A DNA stretch of 64,000 nucleotides from Roseibacillus sp. (GTDB lineage Bacteria; Verrucomicrobiota; Verrucomicrobiia; Verrucomicrobiales; Akkermansiaceae), in contig CBDEUM010000038.1 of NCBI GenBank assembly GCA_965242925.1, forward strand, positions 64,001-128,000, written 5' to 3'. A program made the position numbers and the translations under genes. The notes beneath the pieces are model-generated. The model had not been told where the DNA came from. It did not search any database and saw only the letters and a program-made list of their open reading frames with translations. Each line of letters starts with the position of its first letter. Positions within the stretch are counted from its first letter, which is position 1. Below are positions 10,341 through 23,102 of the stretch, piece by piece.

Positions 10341-11279
10341 ATGGATGAGTCGGTGTTGATTGCAGTGTTGATGGGGGGCCCGGGATCGGAGCGGGAGGTG
10401 TCGCTGAGCTCAGGGCAGGCCGTGCTGGAAGCCCTGCTGGGAGAGGACCTCACGGCGGTGGGAGTGGATGTGATTGATACCACACCGGCCCTTCCGAAAG
10501 GTGCCGGTCTGGCCTTCAATGTCATTCATGGAACCTTCGGGGAAGACGGCGTTCTGCAGGCCTATCTGGAGGATCTGGGGGTGCCTTACACGGGAGCGGG
10601 ACGGGTGAGCAGTGAACTGGCCTTTGACAAGGTGGCGAGCAAGGCGCGCTTTGTGGAGGAGGGGATCCCGACTCCCGCCTCCGAGATCGTGAATGTCGCC
10701 GGTGGAGTGGCGCTCCCGATGATGAAGCTTCCGTGCGTGGTGAAGCCGCCGCGGGAGGGGTCCAGCGTGGGGGTTCACATCGTGCACACGCCGGAAGAGG
10801 CGCGGGTAGCAATGGAGGATGCGGCGCGGTTTGGCGACGAGGTCCTGGTCGAACAATTCGTGGAGGGGAAGGAACTGACGGTTGGAATCGTGGGGGAAGA
10901 GGTCTTTCCGATCGTGCACATCGTCCCGCGGGAGGGCTTCTATGACATGAGTAACAAATACCCCTGGATGAGCGGGGAAGGGGGAACGGATTACTATTGC
11001 CCGGCCAATTTAGACGGAAAAACCACCAAAATTGTACAGGATGCGGCCTTGGCCGCCCACCGGGCGCTTGGAATTGAGGTTTACTCCCGGGTCGATATCC
11101 TGCTAGATTCCTTAAGTAATCCTTACATTTTGGAAGCTAATACGATTCCCGGAATGACGGCGAGCAGCCTTCTGCCGAAGGGTGCCGCGGCGGCCGAGCC
11201 AGGTTATGGCTTTGGAGCGCTTTGCCGTCGGATCGGAGAGCTTTCTCTATCCCTACGCAGAACCGATGCCCCGTCGTAA
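10341..11279 (+). CDS. ddl: D-alanine--D-alanine ligase
   Basis: GGPGSEREVS, HGTFGEDG, EGSSVG, LEANTIPGMT. Confidence 0.95.
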   Translation: MDESVLIAVLMGGPGSEREVSLSSGQAVLEALLGEDLTAVGVDVIDTTPALPKGAGLAFNVIHGTFGEDGVLQAYLEDLGVPYTGAGRVSSELAFDKVASKARFVEEGIPTPASEIVNVAGGVALPMMKLPCVVKPPREGSSVGVHIVHTPEEARVAMEDAARFGDEVLVEQFVEGKELTVGIVGEEVFPIVHIVPREGFYDMSNKYPWMSGEGGTDYYCPANLDGKTTKIVQDAALAAHRALGIEVYSRVDILLDSLSNPYILEANTIPGMTASSLLPKGAAAAEPGYGFGALCRRIGELSLSLRRTDAPS

Positions 11280-12207
11280 GACCTCCCGAGTCAATCTTCC
11301 CAGTCCTGAGCGCCGACTGCACCTGAGGGTCAGTTCGCCGCGTATCGTGTGCTTCAGCTGCCTGCGTCATCTCAGGCGTTCGTGCAAGTTACTGCTGGCA
11401 GGAGCACTCCTGGCAGGGGTTGGTTGGGGCGTCCAGGAGGGCCTGCGGGAGTTTTTTATCGAGAACAACGAGTTCCGGCTCCGGTATGTGGATCTGGAGA
11501 CCAATGGGGAAATGACTGCAGAGCACTTCGGCGAGTTGACCGGACTCGATCCGGATTCCAGCATCTTCGGGTTCGATTTGCGGAAACTGAAGGAGCAACT
11601 CCTGGAACGCCCCGGCATCGAGAGGGTGGAACTGGGTCGACGTCTTCCCGGGACCTTGCGAGTGAAGGTGGAGGAGCGAAAGCCTATTGCGTGGTTGGAA
11701 TGCCGTCCGTTGGGGATTATCGGCAGAAACCCTGTCGCTGGAATCCTCCTCGACAAAAGCGGGGTCTGCTTCCCCTGTGATGCCTGGTGGGAAGAGAAGG
11801 CCGGTCTTCTGCCCGTCCTGCTGGTGAGCCAGGTGGAAGAGGGTGATATCACGATCGGGAAGGAAATTCGCCATCACCAGGCGCGGCGGGGACTGGAACT
11901 GATCAGGCTTGCACAGGAGAAATTGGGAGAGGCGGAATGGTCGCTGCCGGTGGTTGCGGTGCGGAATGACTATTCCCTGGAAGCGATCACCAACACAGGT
12001 GTGCTGGCCACCTTCGGGATGCATGATCACAAGGAGCAACTCGAAAATCTCATCACCCTGCTTCGCGTTACCGCAAAGGAGGGGGAATCGATGGCAATGG
12101 TGAACCTGATTCCCAGGCGCAATATTCCGGTGGTGACCAGCGGGTCGGCAGCGCCTGTGCCGCAGAGTCGCCTGCAGCGGGATATTCAGTTACTCCTCCG
12201 GCAGTAA
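11266..12207 (+). CDS. ftsQ: Cell division protein FtsQ/DivIB (POTRA domain)
   Basis: Basic N-tail, TM helix, RRLPGTLRVKVEERKPIAW POTRA end; between ddl and ftsA; ATG at 11266 preferred. Confidence 0.85.
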   Translation: MPRRKTSRVNLPSPERRLHLRVSSPRIVCFSCLRHLRRSCKLLLAGALLAGVGWGVQEGLREFFIENNEFRLRYVDLETNGEMTAEHFGELTGLDPDSSIFGFDLRKLKEQLLERPGIERVELGRRLPGTLRVKVEERKPIAWLECRPLGIIGRNPVAGILLDKSGVCFPCDAWWEEKAGLLPVLLVSQVEEGDITIGKEIRHHQARRGLELIRLAQEKLGEAEWSLPVVAVRNDYSLEAITNTGVLATFGMHDHKEQLENLITLLRVTAKEGESMAMVNLIPRRNIPVVTSGSAAPVPQSRLQRDIQLLLRQ

Positions 12208-12258
12208 AAAGAAATGTTCATCGAGGACACTTGGGATTAGGACTGGCAGGGAAGGAAA

Positions 12259-13476
12259 ATGTCTAAGTCTCGCATTCACGTCGGCCTTGAGATCGGAACC
12301 ACCAAGACGGTGATGGTGGTGGCGGAGGTGAAACCCGATGGATCAGTCAAGGTTCTCGGACTGGGAGAGACCCGCTCGGCGGGCGTCCGCAAGGGGGAGA
12401 TCACCGACTACCCACAGGTGCGCGCCTGTGTGAAGGCGGCTCTCCTTGAGGCGGAGGACATGAGTGATGTCGATATCAGCAGTGTGTTTCTGGCAGTCAC
12501 CGGCCCCCACATAGAGGGGGCAAACAACCGCGGAACTTACCGACTGCCGGAAGGAGAGCCGGAGATCCGTCCCCGCCATGTTGAGGAGGTGAAGGATATT
12601 GCGAGCGATATCGCCATCCCCAGTGAGCATGTCTACCTCCATAGCCTGATCCGTCATTATATCGTGGACGGGCAACCCCACGCCACCATGCCGGTGGGCT
12701 TGCTGGGCAAGACTCTCGATGCGGAGTTTCATATCGTCCACGGAGTTCGCACCCGCGTCCAGAACAGCATCAAGTGTGCGCGGGAAATCCCTCTCGACGT
12801 GGATGATGTGGTCTTTGCTCCCATTGCTTCGGCCCAAATCGCCCTTGACCGGAAGCGCAAGGAGGCGGGGGCCCTGGTGGTGGATATCGGTGGAGGAACC
12901 ACCGACTACGTGCTCTATGTCGACGGCGCGATCCTTGCTTCAGGTTGCATTCCGGTGGGAGGCGACCATGTCACCAACGATATTCACCTTGTTACTCACA
13001 TTCCTCTTTCGAAGGCTGAGCAGGTCAAGAAAACCGAGGGGGACGCCTCGGGGGATCCTGCGAAATGCGAGGGAGTGGTCAGAATTCCTGATGAAGGCGG
13101 GTTCCCGGAGGTGGAAATCAAGAGGCAGATTCTAAATGATGTGATCCGCATGCGCCTCCAGGAAACGTTGGAACTGGTAAAAGATCGCCTGCCGGAGGGT
13201 GGCCTGACCCGGGTGGGGACGGGGGTGTTCCTGACAGGAGGATCCAGCCTGATGAAGGGCCTCGGTGAACTGGCCTGCGATGTGTTTGATCTGCCGGTCT
13301 ACCGACCGGAGAGTCCGGAGGTCAGCGGGGTGCACGCGTATTTTAAGGATCCGCAATACTCAACAGCTCTTGGATTAATTCGCTACGCGCAAATTCTGGA
13401 GGAAGAGCGCCCACATTCCCCCGGTCTGGGGAAGGTGGGCGGTTTTTTGCGTTCGCTCTGGCCATTTGGGGGCTAA
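12259..13476 (+). CDS. ftsA: Cell division protein FtsA
   Basis: VGLEIGTTK, VDIGGGTTD, GGDHVTNDI, LTGGSS, YSTALGL; C-terminal amphipathic tail. Confidence 0.95.
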   Translation: MSKSRIHVGLEIGTTKTVMVVAEVKPDGSVKVLGLGETRSAGVRKGEITDYPQVRACVKAALLEAEDMSDVDISSVFLAVTGPHIEGANNRGTYRLPEGEPEIRPRHVEEVKDIASDIAIPSEHVYLHSLIRHYIVDGQPHATMPVGLLGKTLDAEFHIVHGVRTRVQNSIKCAREIPLDVDDVVFAPIASAQIALDRKRKEAGALVVDIGGGTTDYVLYVDGAILASGCIPVGGDHVTNDIHLVTHIPLSKAEQVKKTEGDASGDPAKCEGVVRIPDEGGFPEVEIKRQILNDVIRMRLQETLELVKDRLPEGGLTRVGTGVFLTGGSSLMKGLGELACDVFDLPVYRPESPEVSGVHAYFKDPQYSTALGLIRYAQILEEERPHSPGLGKVGGFLRSLWPFGG

Positions 13477-13507
13477 GTCCTCTTACTTGGTCTGCAGTAG
13501 TCCCGTC

Positions 13508-15298
13508 ATGATTCCCTACGAGAGAACTCGCCAGCAGACCATCCCGAACTCGGCCGTCAAGATCATCGGAGTAGGAGGTGCCGGTGCCAACATGTTGGAC
13601 CGTATTGCTCTTGATGGCATGGAAGGAGCTGAGCTCCTCGCCTGCAATACCGATGTAAGAACCCTGACCAGTTCAGTCGCTCCGGAGAAGATCCAACTTG
13701 GCCGAAACCTGACCAAGGGACTTGGATCCGGAGGTGATCCGGCGCTTGGTAATCAGGCTGGGCAGGAGGCGGAACTTGAGATCCGGGACGCGTTGCGCGA
13801 TCGCAAGATCATCTTCATCTGCGTGGGCCTGGGGGGAGGCACCGGTTCAGGAGCTGCGCCCCTGGTGGCTCGACTGGCCCGCGATGAGGGGGCCTTTACG
13901 GTGGTCTTTGCCACCACCCCATTCAATTTCGAGGGCAAGCGTCGGCGGGACCAGGCAGAGGCCGCCCTCACTGAACTCTCGGTGCTGGCCAACGCCCTTA
14001 TCACCTTTGACAACACGCGAATGGGAGAACTCGTGCTTGCCAAGCAGGGTGTACACGAAGCCTTTTCCGCGGCCGACCGGATGATCTCGGAGAGCATCCG
14101 GGCGGTTACCAGGATCGTGATGCGTCCGGGCCTGGTGAATATCGGTCTGGACGACCTGATGGCGGCTCTGAGTTCACCCAAATCGCGCTGCCTCTTCGGA
14201 TCGGGTATCGCACACGGGGAGAATCGGTCCCAGCAGGCACTCAAGAACGCGCTGGTCAGTCCGCTTCTCGATCGTGGCAGCCTCCTTCATGATACCGATA
14301 CGGTTCTTGTCCATGTCTGCGGTGGCGAGGACATGACGCTCTACGAACTGGAGTTGCTCATGCGAGGATTGAGCAAGCACGTGCCCGAGACCGCCCAGAT
14401 CCTCTTTGGAACATCGGTGGATCCGGCCATGGCGGAAGCATTGAGCGTCACCCTGGTGAGTTCACTTCCGGAAGAACGCCTCCTGGCGGACCTTGGAACG
14501 GAGCGCGACGATGCTCCTTCCGCCCAGGCCGATCCGGAGGAGAACGGAGGTGCTGATCCCCCGGATGAACCGGATGAGGGCGAGGATGCAAAGGAGTCGT
14601 CGCCACCCGTTCGGGAGCCTCTGGCTGAACTGGATCCTTTTTCCGAGGCCGATCTCGACATCCTGCCAGAGCGGAGCTCGACGCCGGAGTTCGAAGAAGG
14701 GGAGGGCAGCGTCCCCGTCCCGGTGGTCCCGGAGGACGCCGGGAATGAAGAACTGAAACCGTCTTACAAGGGTGACCTGAAAAAGGGGCGCAGTGGCCGC
14801 AAGCCCCGGTTGAAGGTAAAAAAGAATAGATCGCAGGAGGAGGACGAGCCCGTGAAGGTTCTTCCCGTTTCTCCCAATATCGCTTCCAACGTTACCATGC
14901 GGGTGAAGCTGCCGACCCGTTCCGACGCGTCCCCGGCTGATGATGTCCCTGACCCTTCGAAGGAGATGAATCCTGATGCGGATACGGGAGAGACTCGATC
15001 GCGACCGATCGCGATCGAGGCCGTGCCCAATCTGGGCGAAACGGGGGAGTCGATTGATCTGGGGGCAGAGGGTGGCGAGATCACCTCCTTTGAGGAGGTG
15101 GAGCCAGTGGAGGGGGAGGGTCTCTCTCCCATCGAGCTGGGATCGCTGGAGGAAATCCAGGCCTCGGCTCAGGCCAAGAGGCCGCAGGGAGAACTAGCCC
15201 TCGATGGCGGGCCCAAAGGCAAGTTTGACGGGGAGGACCCGAATCTCATCGAAGGCGAGGATCTCGATATTCCGCCTTTCCTGCGGAACAAGAAATGA
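13508..15298 (+). CDS. ftsZ: Cell division protein FtsZ with long acidic linker
   Basis: GVGGAGAN, NTD, GLGGGTGSG tubulin signature, PFNFEG, C-terminal peptide EDLDIPPFLRNKK. Confidence 0.95.
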   Translation: MIPYERTRQQTIPNSAVKIIGVGGAGANMLDRIALDGMEGAELLACNTDVRTLTSSVAPEKIQLGRNLTKGLGSGGDPALGNQAGQEAELEIRDALRDRKIIFICVGLGGGTGSGAAPLVARLARDEGAFTVVFATTPFNFEGKRRRDQAEAALTELSVLANALITFDNTRMGELVLAKQGVHEAFSAADRMISESIRAVTRIVMRPGLVNIGLDDLMAALSSPKSRCLFGSGIAHGENRSQQALKNALVSPLLDRGSLLHDTDTVLVHVCGGEDMTLYELELLMRGLSKHVPETAQILFGTSVDPAMAEALSVTLVSSLPEERLLADLGTERDDAPSAQADPEENGGADPPDEPDEGEDAKESSPPVREPLAELDPFSEADLDILPERSSTPEFEEGEGSVPVPVVPEDAGNEELKPSYKGDLKKGRSGRKPRLKVKKNRSQEEDEPVKVLPVSPNIASNVTMRVKLPTRSDASPADDVPDPSKEMNPDADTGETRSRPIAIEAVPNLGETGESIDLGAEGGEITSFEEVEPVEGEGLSPIELGSLEEIQASAQAKRPQGELALDGGPKGKFDGEDPNLIEGEDLDIPPFLRNKK

Positions 15299-15424
15299 GG
15301 CTTTGAAGTCGAGGGTTTCGCGATCCCCGCGCTTGCATTTGGAGAAAAAAACCGGAGTCTCCCGGCTTCGCTCTACCAGGCCGTGATGGATTGTCATGGC
15401 AGGCGACTCATTGTCAGTTGACCC

Positions 15425-17254
15425 ATGACCGATCATATCCGGAACATCGCGATCATTGCCCATGTCGATCACGGGAAGACGACTCTGGTGGATGAGTTGC
15501 TCAAGGCCGGTGGGGCGGTGGAGGCCCACCAGCAACTTGAGGAGCGCGCCATGGACTCGATGGACCTGGAGCGTGAGAAGGGGATCACGATCAAGGCGAA
15601 GAACACTGCGGTGAAGTGGAGGGAGAATACCATCAACATCGTGGATACGCCCGGCCATGCCGACTTTGGGGGCGAGGTGGAGCGCGTGATGCGCATGGTG
15701 GACGGCGTGCTGCTGGTGGTGGACGCCTTTGAGGGGCCCCAGGCCCAGACCCGCTTCGTCCTGCGCAAGGCGCTGGCTGAAGGTCTTCTGCCGATCCTTG
15801 TCATCAACAAGCTCGACCGGGAGGCGGCTGACCCTCTGGCAGTGCAGGACAGGGTGCTGGAGTTGTTACTGGAACTGGGGGCTACCGAGGATCAGTTCGA
15901 GTTACCCGTGCTCTATGGCAGTGCCAAGGAGGGCTACTTTGTGACAGACCTCGCCGACCAGAAACGCGACAGCGTGGAACCGCTGATCGAAGTCATCCTG
16001 GAACGCGTTCCCCCTCCGCAGGTTGACGCCGGGGCACCCTTTCGCATGCTGGTGAGCAATATCGACTGGGACGATTACGTAGGACGGATCGCCCTGGGCC
16101 GGGTGGAGTCGGGAGAGGTCAGGAAAGGGGACGCGCTCTGGTTGCTGCGCCTGGACGGCAGCACGGTGCACAGCACGATCACCAAGGTGTTTGAGTATGC
16201 CAAGCTGGGCACCCAGGATGCAGCGGTGGGTGAGGCAGGCAACATCGTGGGGTTGGCGGGCTTTGAAGACGTCGACATCGGTGAAACCCTCGCGGCCTCG
16301 GAGCAGGCCGAGGTGCTGCCCTTCGTGGCCATCGATCCCCCTACCGTGCAGATGCAGTTTGCGGTGAACGACGGGCCCTTCGCGGGCCGCGATGGCAGGA
16401 ACGTGACATCCCGGGCAATCTGGGATCGCTTGCAACGGGAAGTGAAGACCAACGTTTCGATTGAAGTGACCGAATCGGAGCAGGCCGGGGTCTTCAACGT
16501 TTCGGCCCGTGGGGCGATGCAGATTGCAGTGTTGGTGGAAACCATGCGACGGGAGAATTACGAAGTGCTTGTCTCCCGTCCCAGGGTCATCACCCACAAG
16601 GAAGACGGAGTCGAAATGGAGCCCTTCGAAACCTTGTATCTTGAGCTCCCCGCAGACATGACGGGCGGCGTGATCCAGATCCTCGCGAATCGCAAGGGGG
16701 TCGTTGAAGTGATGGAGCCGCGTGGAACGATGAGCTACCTGGAGGTGACCATCCCGACGCGTGGATTGATCGGATTCGAGTTCGAATTGATGAACCTCAC
16801 GAGTGGTCATGGGGTCATGTCGCACCTCTTCAAGGACTACAGGCCGGTTGCAGGACGAATCCGCACGCGGATCCAAGGCACCCTGGTCTCGATGGCGACT
16901 GGCACGGCCATGGCCTATTCGCTGGAGAGCCTGGAAGATCGCGGGCGCCTCTTTGTGGGACCCACCGAAGAAATCTACGAGGGACAGATCGTGGGTGAGA
17001 GTGCACGGGCCGGTGACCTTCCGGTCAATCCCACCAAGGCCAAGAACCTCACCAATCACCGCTCGGCGAATAAGACGATCGACGAGGGGTTGAAGCCTCC
17101 GATCAAGATGAGCCTGGAGCGCGCCATCGAGTACATCGAGCCCGATGAGTTTGTCGAAGTGACGCCGAGCATTATTCGGCTCCGCAAACGCATTCTGTGT
17201 CCGCACGAGCGGAAGCGCAACGACAAGGCCGTGGCCGCGGGGGAGGGGGGATAG
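15425..17254 (+). CDS. typA: Translational GTPase TypA/BipA
   Basis: IRNIAIIAHVDHGKTTLVD, EREKGITI, DTPGHADFGGEVER, EVTPSIIRLRK. Confidence 0.96.
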   Translation: MTDHIRNIAIIAHVDHGKTTLVDELLKAGGAVEAHQQLEERAMDSMDLEREKGITIKAKNTAVKWRENTINIVDTPGHADFGGEVERVMRMVDGVLLVVDAFEGPQAQTRFVLRKALAEGLLPILVINKLDREAADPLAVQDRVLELLLELGATEDQFELPVLYGSAKEGYFVTDLADQKRDSVEPLIEVILERVPPPQVDAGAPFRMLVSNIDWDDYVGRIALGRVESGEVRKGDALWLLRLDGSTVHSTITKVFEYAKLGTQDAAVGEAGNIVGLAGFEDVDIGETLAASEQAEVLPFVAIDPPTVQMQFAVNDGPFAGRDGRNVTSRAIWDRLQREVKTNVSIEVTESEQAGVFNVSARGAMQIAVLVETMRRENYEVLVSRPRVITHKEDGVEMEPFETLYLELPADMTGGVIQILANRKGVVEVMEPRGTMSYLEVTIPTRGLIGFEFELMNLTSGHGVMSHLFKDYRPVAGRIRTRIQGTLVSMATGTAMAYSLESLEDRGRLFVGPTEEIYEGQIVGESARAGDLPVNPTKAKNLTNHRSANKTIDEGLKPPIKMSLERAIEYIEPDEFVEVTPSIIRLRKRILCPHERKRNDKAVAAGEGG

Positions 17255-17261
17255 GGGGATC

Positions 17262-19961
<2,700 letters not shown>

Positions 19962-19963
19962 GG

Positions 19964-21058
19964 TCAGGCAGCCGGTTTCCGGGCCAGGCGCGGCGCGTGC
20001 TGCTTGACCGCTTCCGCAATCGCTTCGATGTGGGCCGGGGTGTTGCCGCAGCAGCCACCAACGAGATTGAGCAATCCGGCCTGGGCAAACTCGGAGAGGT
20101 ATTCCGCCATGTGGTGAGGTTCAAGATCGAAGCCGGTGGGCGCAAGGGGATTGGGCAGTCCTGCGTTGGGATAGCAGGAAGTGTAGGCCGCTGCAATGTG
20201 GGCGAGCTGGGCGAGGAAGGGGCGCATGAGATCAGGGCCCAGGGAACAGTTCAGGCCGATCGCGATTGGATCAAGGTGCTGGAAGGTGATCCAGAGGGCC
20301 TCAATTCTCTGTGCGGAGATCATGGTTTCACCCCCGAGCCCAACTGCAGCGGAAATCATGATGGGAATCCGGGCCTCTTCTGCGTCGAAGAGTTCCTGGA
20401 TCGCGACCAGGGCGGCCTTGGCGTTGAGCGAATCGAAGATTGTTTCAACCATCAGGAGATCGCAACCGCCGTCCACCAGGGCTTTCGCTTGTTCGCGATA
20501 GGCCTGTTTCACCTGGTCGAAGGTGACCATCCGAAAGGCGGGATCGTCGTGATCAGTGGCGTTGGTGAGGGAGACCGTAAGGGGGCCGATGGCGCCGGCG
20601 ACATAGCGCTTGATGCCAGTCTCCTCGCCCACGCGATCCGCCCATTGGCGTGCGAGTTTGGCGCTCTCCACATTGATGTCGCGGGCGAGTTCCTGCAGAA
20701 AGGAGTTCCCAAGGATGCCCTGGAAAAACTCCGGGTCCTTGCGCCCACCAGTTGCGCGCGGATCCTCGATGAAGAATTCACTCTGCGAGATTGTGGTCGC
20801 GGAAAAGGTGTTGGTCTCGATGATGTCGGAACCCGCCTCAAGGAAGCGCTTGTGGATGTCGCCAATGGTGTCCGGTTGGGTCAGGGAGAGAATGTCGCCG
20901 TTGTTGAGCAGATCCTTGGGTGCGTCCGCGAAGCGCTTGCCGCGGGCCCCCGCCTCGTCAATCCCGTAGTTCCTGATAGTGGTCCCCATCGCACCATCGA
21001 GGAGGGTGATGCGCGACGCGAAGAGATCGTGGAGTTCGGTGGTGAGGTTGGGTCTCAT
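19964..21058 (-). CDS. metH: Methionine synthase homocysteine-binding domain (first half of split metH)
   Basis: [28 protein letters not shown] zinc ligands; stop 2 nt before the partner ATG. Confidence 0.93.
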   Translation of the reverse strand: MRPNLTTELHDLFASRITLLDGAMGTTIRNYGIDEAGARGKRFADAPKDLLNNGDILSLTQPDTIGDIHKRFLEAGSDIIETNTFSATTISQSEFFIEDPRATGGRKDPEFFQGILGNSFLQELARDINVESAKLARQWADRVGEETGIKRYVAGAIGPLTVSLTNATDHDDPAFRMVTFDQVKQAYREQAKALVDGGCDLLMVETIFDSLNAKAALVAIQELFDAEEARIPIMISAAVGLGGETMISAQRIEALWITFQHLDPIAIGLNCSLGPDLMRPFLAQLAHIAAAYTSCYPNAGLPNPLAPTGFDLEPHHMAEYLSEFAQAGLLNLVGGCCGNTPAHIEAIAEAVKQHAPRLARKPAA

Positions 21059-21222
21059 CCCGGGGCGACGCTAGCGCGAGAGAGAAACCCACGCAACAAA
21101 CAAATCAACAGATCTCGATATGTTGATGCGTGATGTAGGCACTGGTTTTCCCTGTTTTTATAGGATAAAGGTAACCGGTCGTCCTAGTTTCGTGAGGAAC
21201 AAGGGCCGTTGAGGGGGCTGAC

Positions 21223-22050
21223 TTACTTTCCGGGCACGGCTCGCGTCGCACCGACCGAGATTCCCCCATCGACCAAGATAGTCTGACCGGTGACGTAGGC
21301 GCTGGCATCGGAAGCGAGCCAGACAACGGTCCCGTCGAGGTCGCCGGGGGCACCGGGGCGGTCGAGGGGAATACGCTCACGCAGATAATCCACCCATCCT
21401 TCGTCCTCGTACATGACTTTGTTCTGCTCCGTTCGGAACCATCCGGGAGCCAGGCAGTTGACGGTGAGGCCGTGGGGACCCCAGTCGTGGGCCAGGCTCA
21501 TGGTGAGCTGCTTCACGCCACCCCGGCTGGCCCCGTAGGGAGCGAGCCCGGCATAGCCTGCCACGCAGGTGACCGATCCCATGTTGATGATGCGTCCGTA
21601 GTGGCGCGGGATCATGCGGCTGGCATGGGCCTGGGCGAGGAAGAAGAGCCCACGCAGATTGGTTTCGAGGACGAGGTTCCAGTCCTCCCAGGTCACCTCA
21701 AGGGCCGGCTTGCGCACGTTGCAGCCGGCGTTGTTGACGAGGATGTCGATCTGACCGGCTTGCTCCCACGCCAGCGCGGTGGCTTCCGCAATGCTATCCT
21801 GCTCGCGCACATCGAGGGCCACCGGCCAGGCCTGGCGGCCCAGGGCCTCGATCTCGGTCCGGGTCTCGAGGAGGGGGCCATCGCCGCTACGACTGGAAAT
21901 CACGAGATCGGCACCCGCACGGGCGAGGGCGAGGGCGAAGCCCTTCCCGAGGCCGCGGCTGGCACCGCTGACAAAGGCGGTCTTTCCGGAGAGATCAAAC
22001 ATGAGGGGGGCGGGAGTTGGCAGATTCAGGTTGAAGGGATCGGATATCAT
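21223..22050 (-). CDS. Short-chain dehydrogenase (gluconate 5-dehydrogenase-like)
   Basis: SGASRGLG, LVNNAG, YGASR (catalytic YxxxK reads YxxxR), PGWFRT; true start may be the MFDLSGK ATG. Confidence 0.85.
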   Translation of the reverse strand: MISDPFNLNLPTPAPLMFDLSGKTAFVSGASRGLGKGFALALARAGADLVISSRSGDGPLLETRTEIEALGRQAWPVALDVREQDSIAEATALAWEQAGQIDILVNNAGCNVRKPALEVTWEDWNLVLETNLRGLFFLAQAHASRMIPRHYGRIINMGSVTCVAGYAGLAPYGASRGGVKQLTMSLAHDWGPHGLTVNCLAPGWFRTEQNKVMYEDEGWVDYLRERIPLDRPGAPGDLDGTVVWLASDASAYVTGQTILVDGGISVGATRAVPGK

Positions 22051-23102
22051 CCGGGACGAAGGATGACCTTGAGGAGGGGCTCCGAGCCCTCGTGGAGACG
22101 GGCAAACCAGGAGGCGCCCTCGGAGAGAGGGACCACACAGGAGGTGAGGGCTTTCACGTCGATCTCGCCCGCTGCGATGGCGGCGAGCGCATCGGGATAC
22201 TCGCCGTTGATGGCGCAGGAACCGAGCACGTCGAGTTCGCGGGTGACCGCGGCCTGGAGAGGGAACTGCACCCTGGATGCGAGATTACCCACCAGGCAGA
22301 CCCTTCCTCCCTTGCGGGCGGCATTGACCGCCAGTTCCACGGTGGGGCTGATCCCGACCACTTCCATCACGACCTCCGGACCCTCGCCACCGCTCAGGGT
22401 GCGGATTTTCTCGAGGAGGTCCTCGCGGTCAGAGCGCAGGGCGGAGGAGGCACCCAGCTGAAGGGCCAGTTCGAGTCGTTCGTCGGCCAGGTCAATGGCG
22501 ATGATGTTGGTGCAACCAGCCCGCCTGAGGGCCTGCACTACGAGGAGACCGATAAGGCCGGCGCCCACCACCACCGCGGATTCTCCCTCCGTGATCCTGA
22601 CTCGGTTGACGGCGTGGAGGGCCACCGAGACCGGTTCGGCAAAGGCGGCTTCCTCGAAGGGAATCTCATCGGGAATGCGGTGGCAGATACGAGCCGGTAC
22701 GAGGACAAAGTCGGCAAAGGCACCCTGCCGTCGGAAGTCGGGGGTGGAGACCCCGAGGACCTCCCGGTCCTCGCAGAGATTGACGTGTCCCGACTGGCAG
22801 TAGTGGCATTGGCCACAGTAGATCGTGCTGTCGAAGGTGACCCGGTCCCCCCCGGACCAGCCGGTGACCCCGGAGCCCCAGCCCTCCACCACACCACTCG
22901 CCTCGTGGCCCATCACAAGAGGCGGGATGCGCCGACCGCTGCTCCCGTCCATGCCGTGGATGTCGCTTCCGCAGATCCCGCAGGCCCGGACCGCCACCAG
23001 GAGGTCATCGGGTCCCGGTTCGGGGATGGGCATCTCCACCAGGTCAAAGGTGGAGGCAGTGATCAGTTCGAGGGCTTTCATAGGAGCGCGGGCGGCAGTC
23101 AC
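22047..23102 (-). CDS. Zinc-dependent sugar/polyol dehydrogenase (MDR family)
   Basis: CGICGSD, GHE, CGQCHYCQSGHVNLC structural zinc site, GAGLIG. Confidence 0.9.
   Translation of the reverse strand: MTAARAPMKALELITASTFDLVEMPIPEPGPDDLLVAVRACGICGSDIHGMDGSSGRRIPPLVMGHEASGVVEGWGSGVTGWSGGDRVTFDSTIYCGQCHYCQSGHVNLCEDREVLGVSTPDFRRQGAFADFVLVPARICHRIPDEIPFEEAAFAEPVSVALHAVNRVRITEGESAVVVGAGLIGLLVVQALRRAGCTNIIAIDLADERLELALQLGASSALRSDREDLLEKIRTLSGGEGPEVVMEVVGISPTVELAVNAARKGGRVCLVGNLASRVQFPLQAAVTRELDVLGSCAINGEYPDALAAIAAGEIDVKALTSCVVPLSEGASWFARLHEGSEPLLKVILRPG

Noticed and set aside
21059..21222. SAM or cobalamin riboswitch upstream of metH
   Set aside because: No conserved riboswitch core recognised, and a promoter-like motif sits 9 nt from the ATG, leaving no room for a leader.
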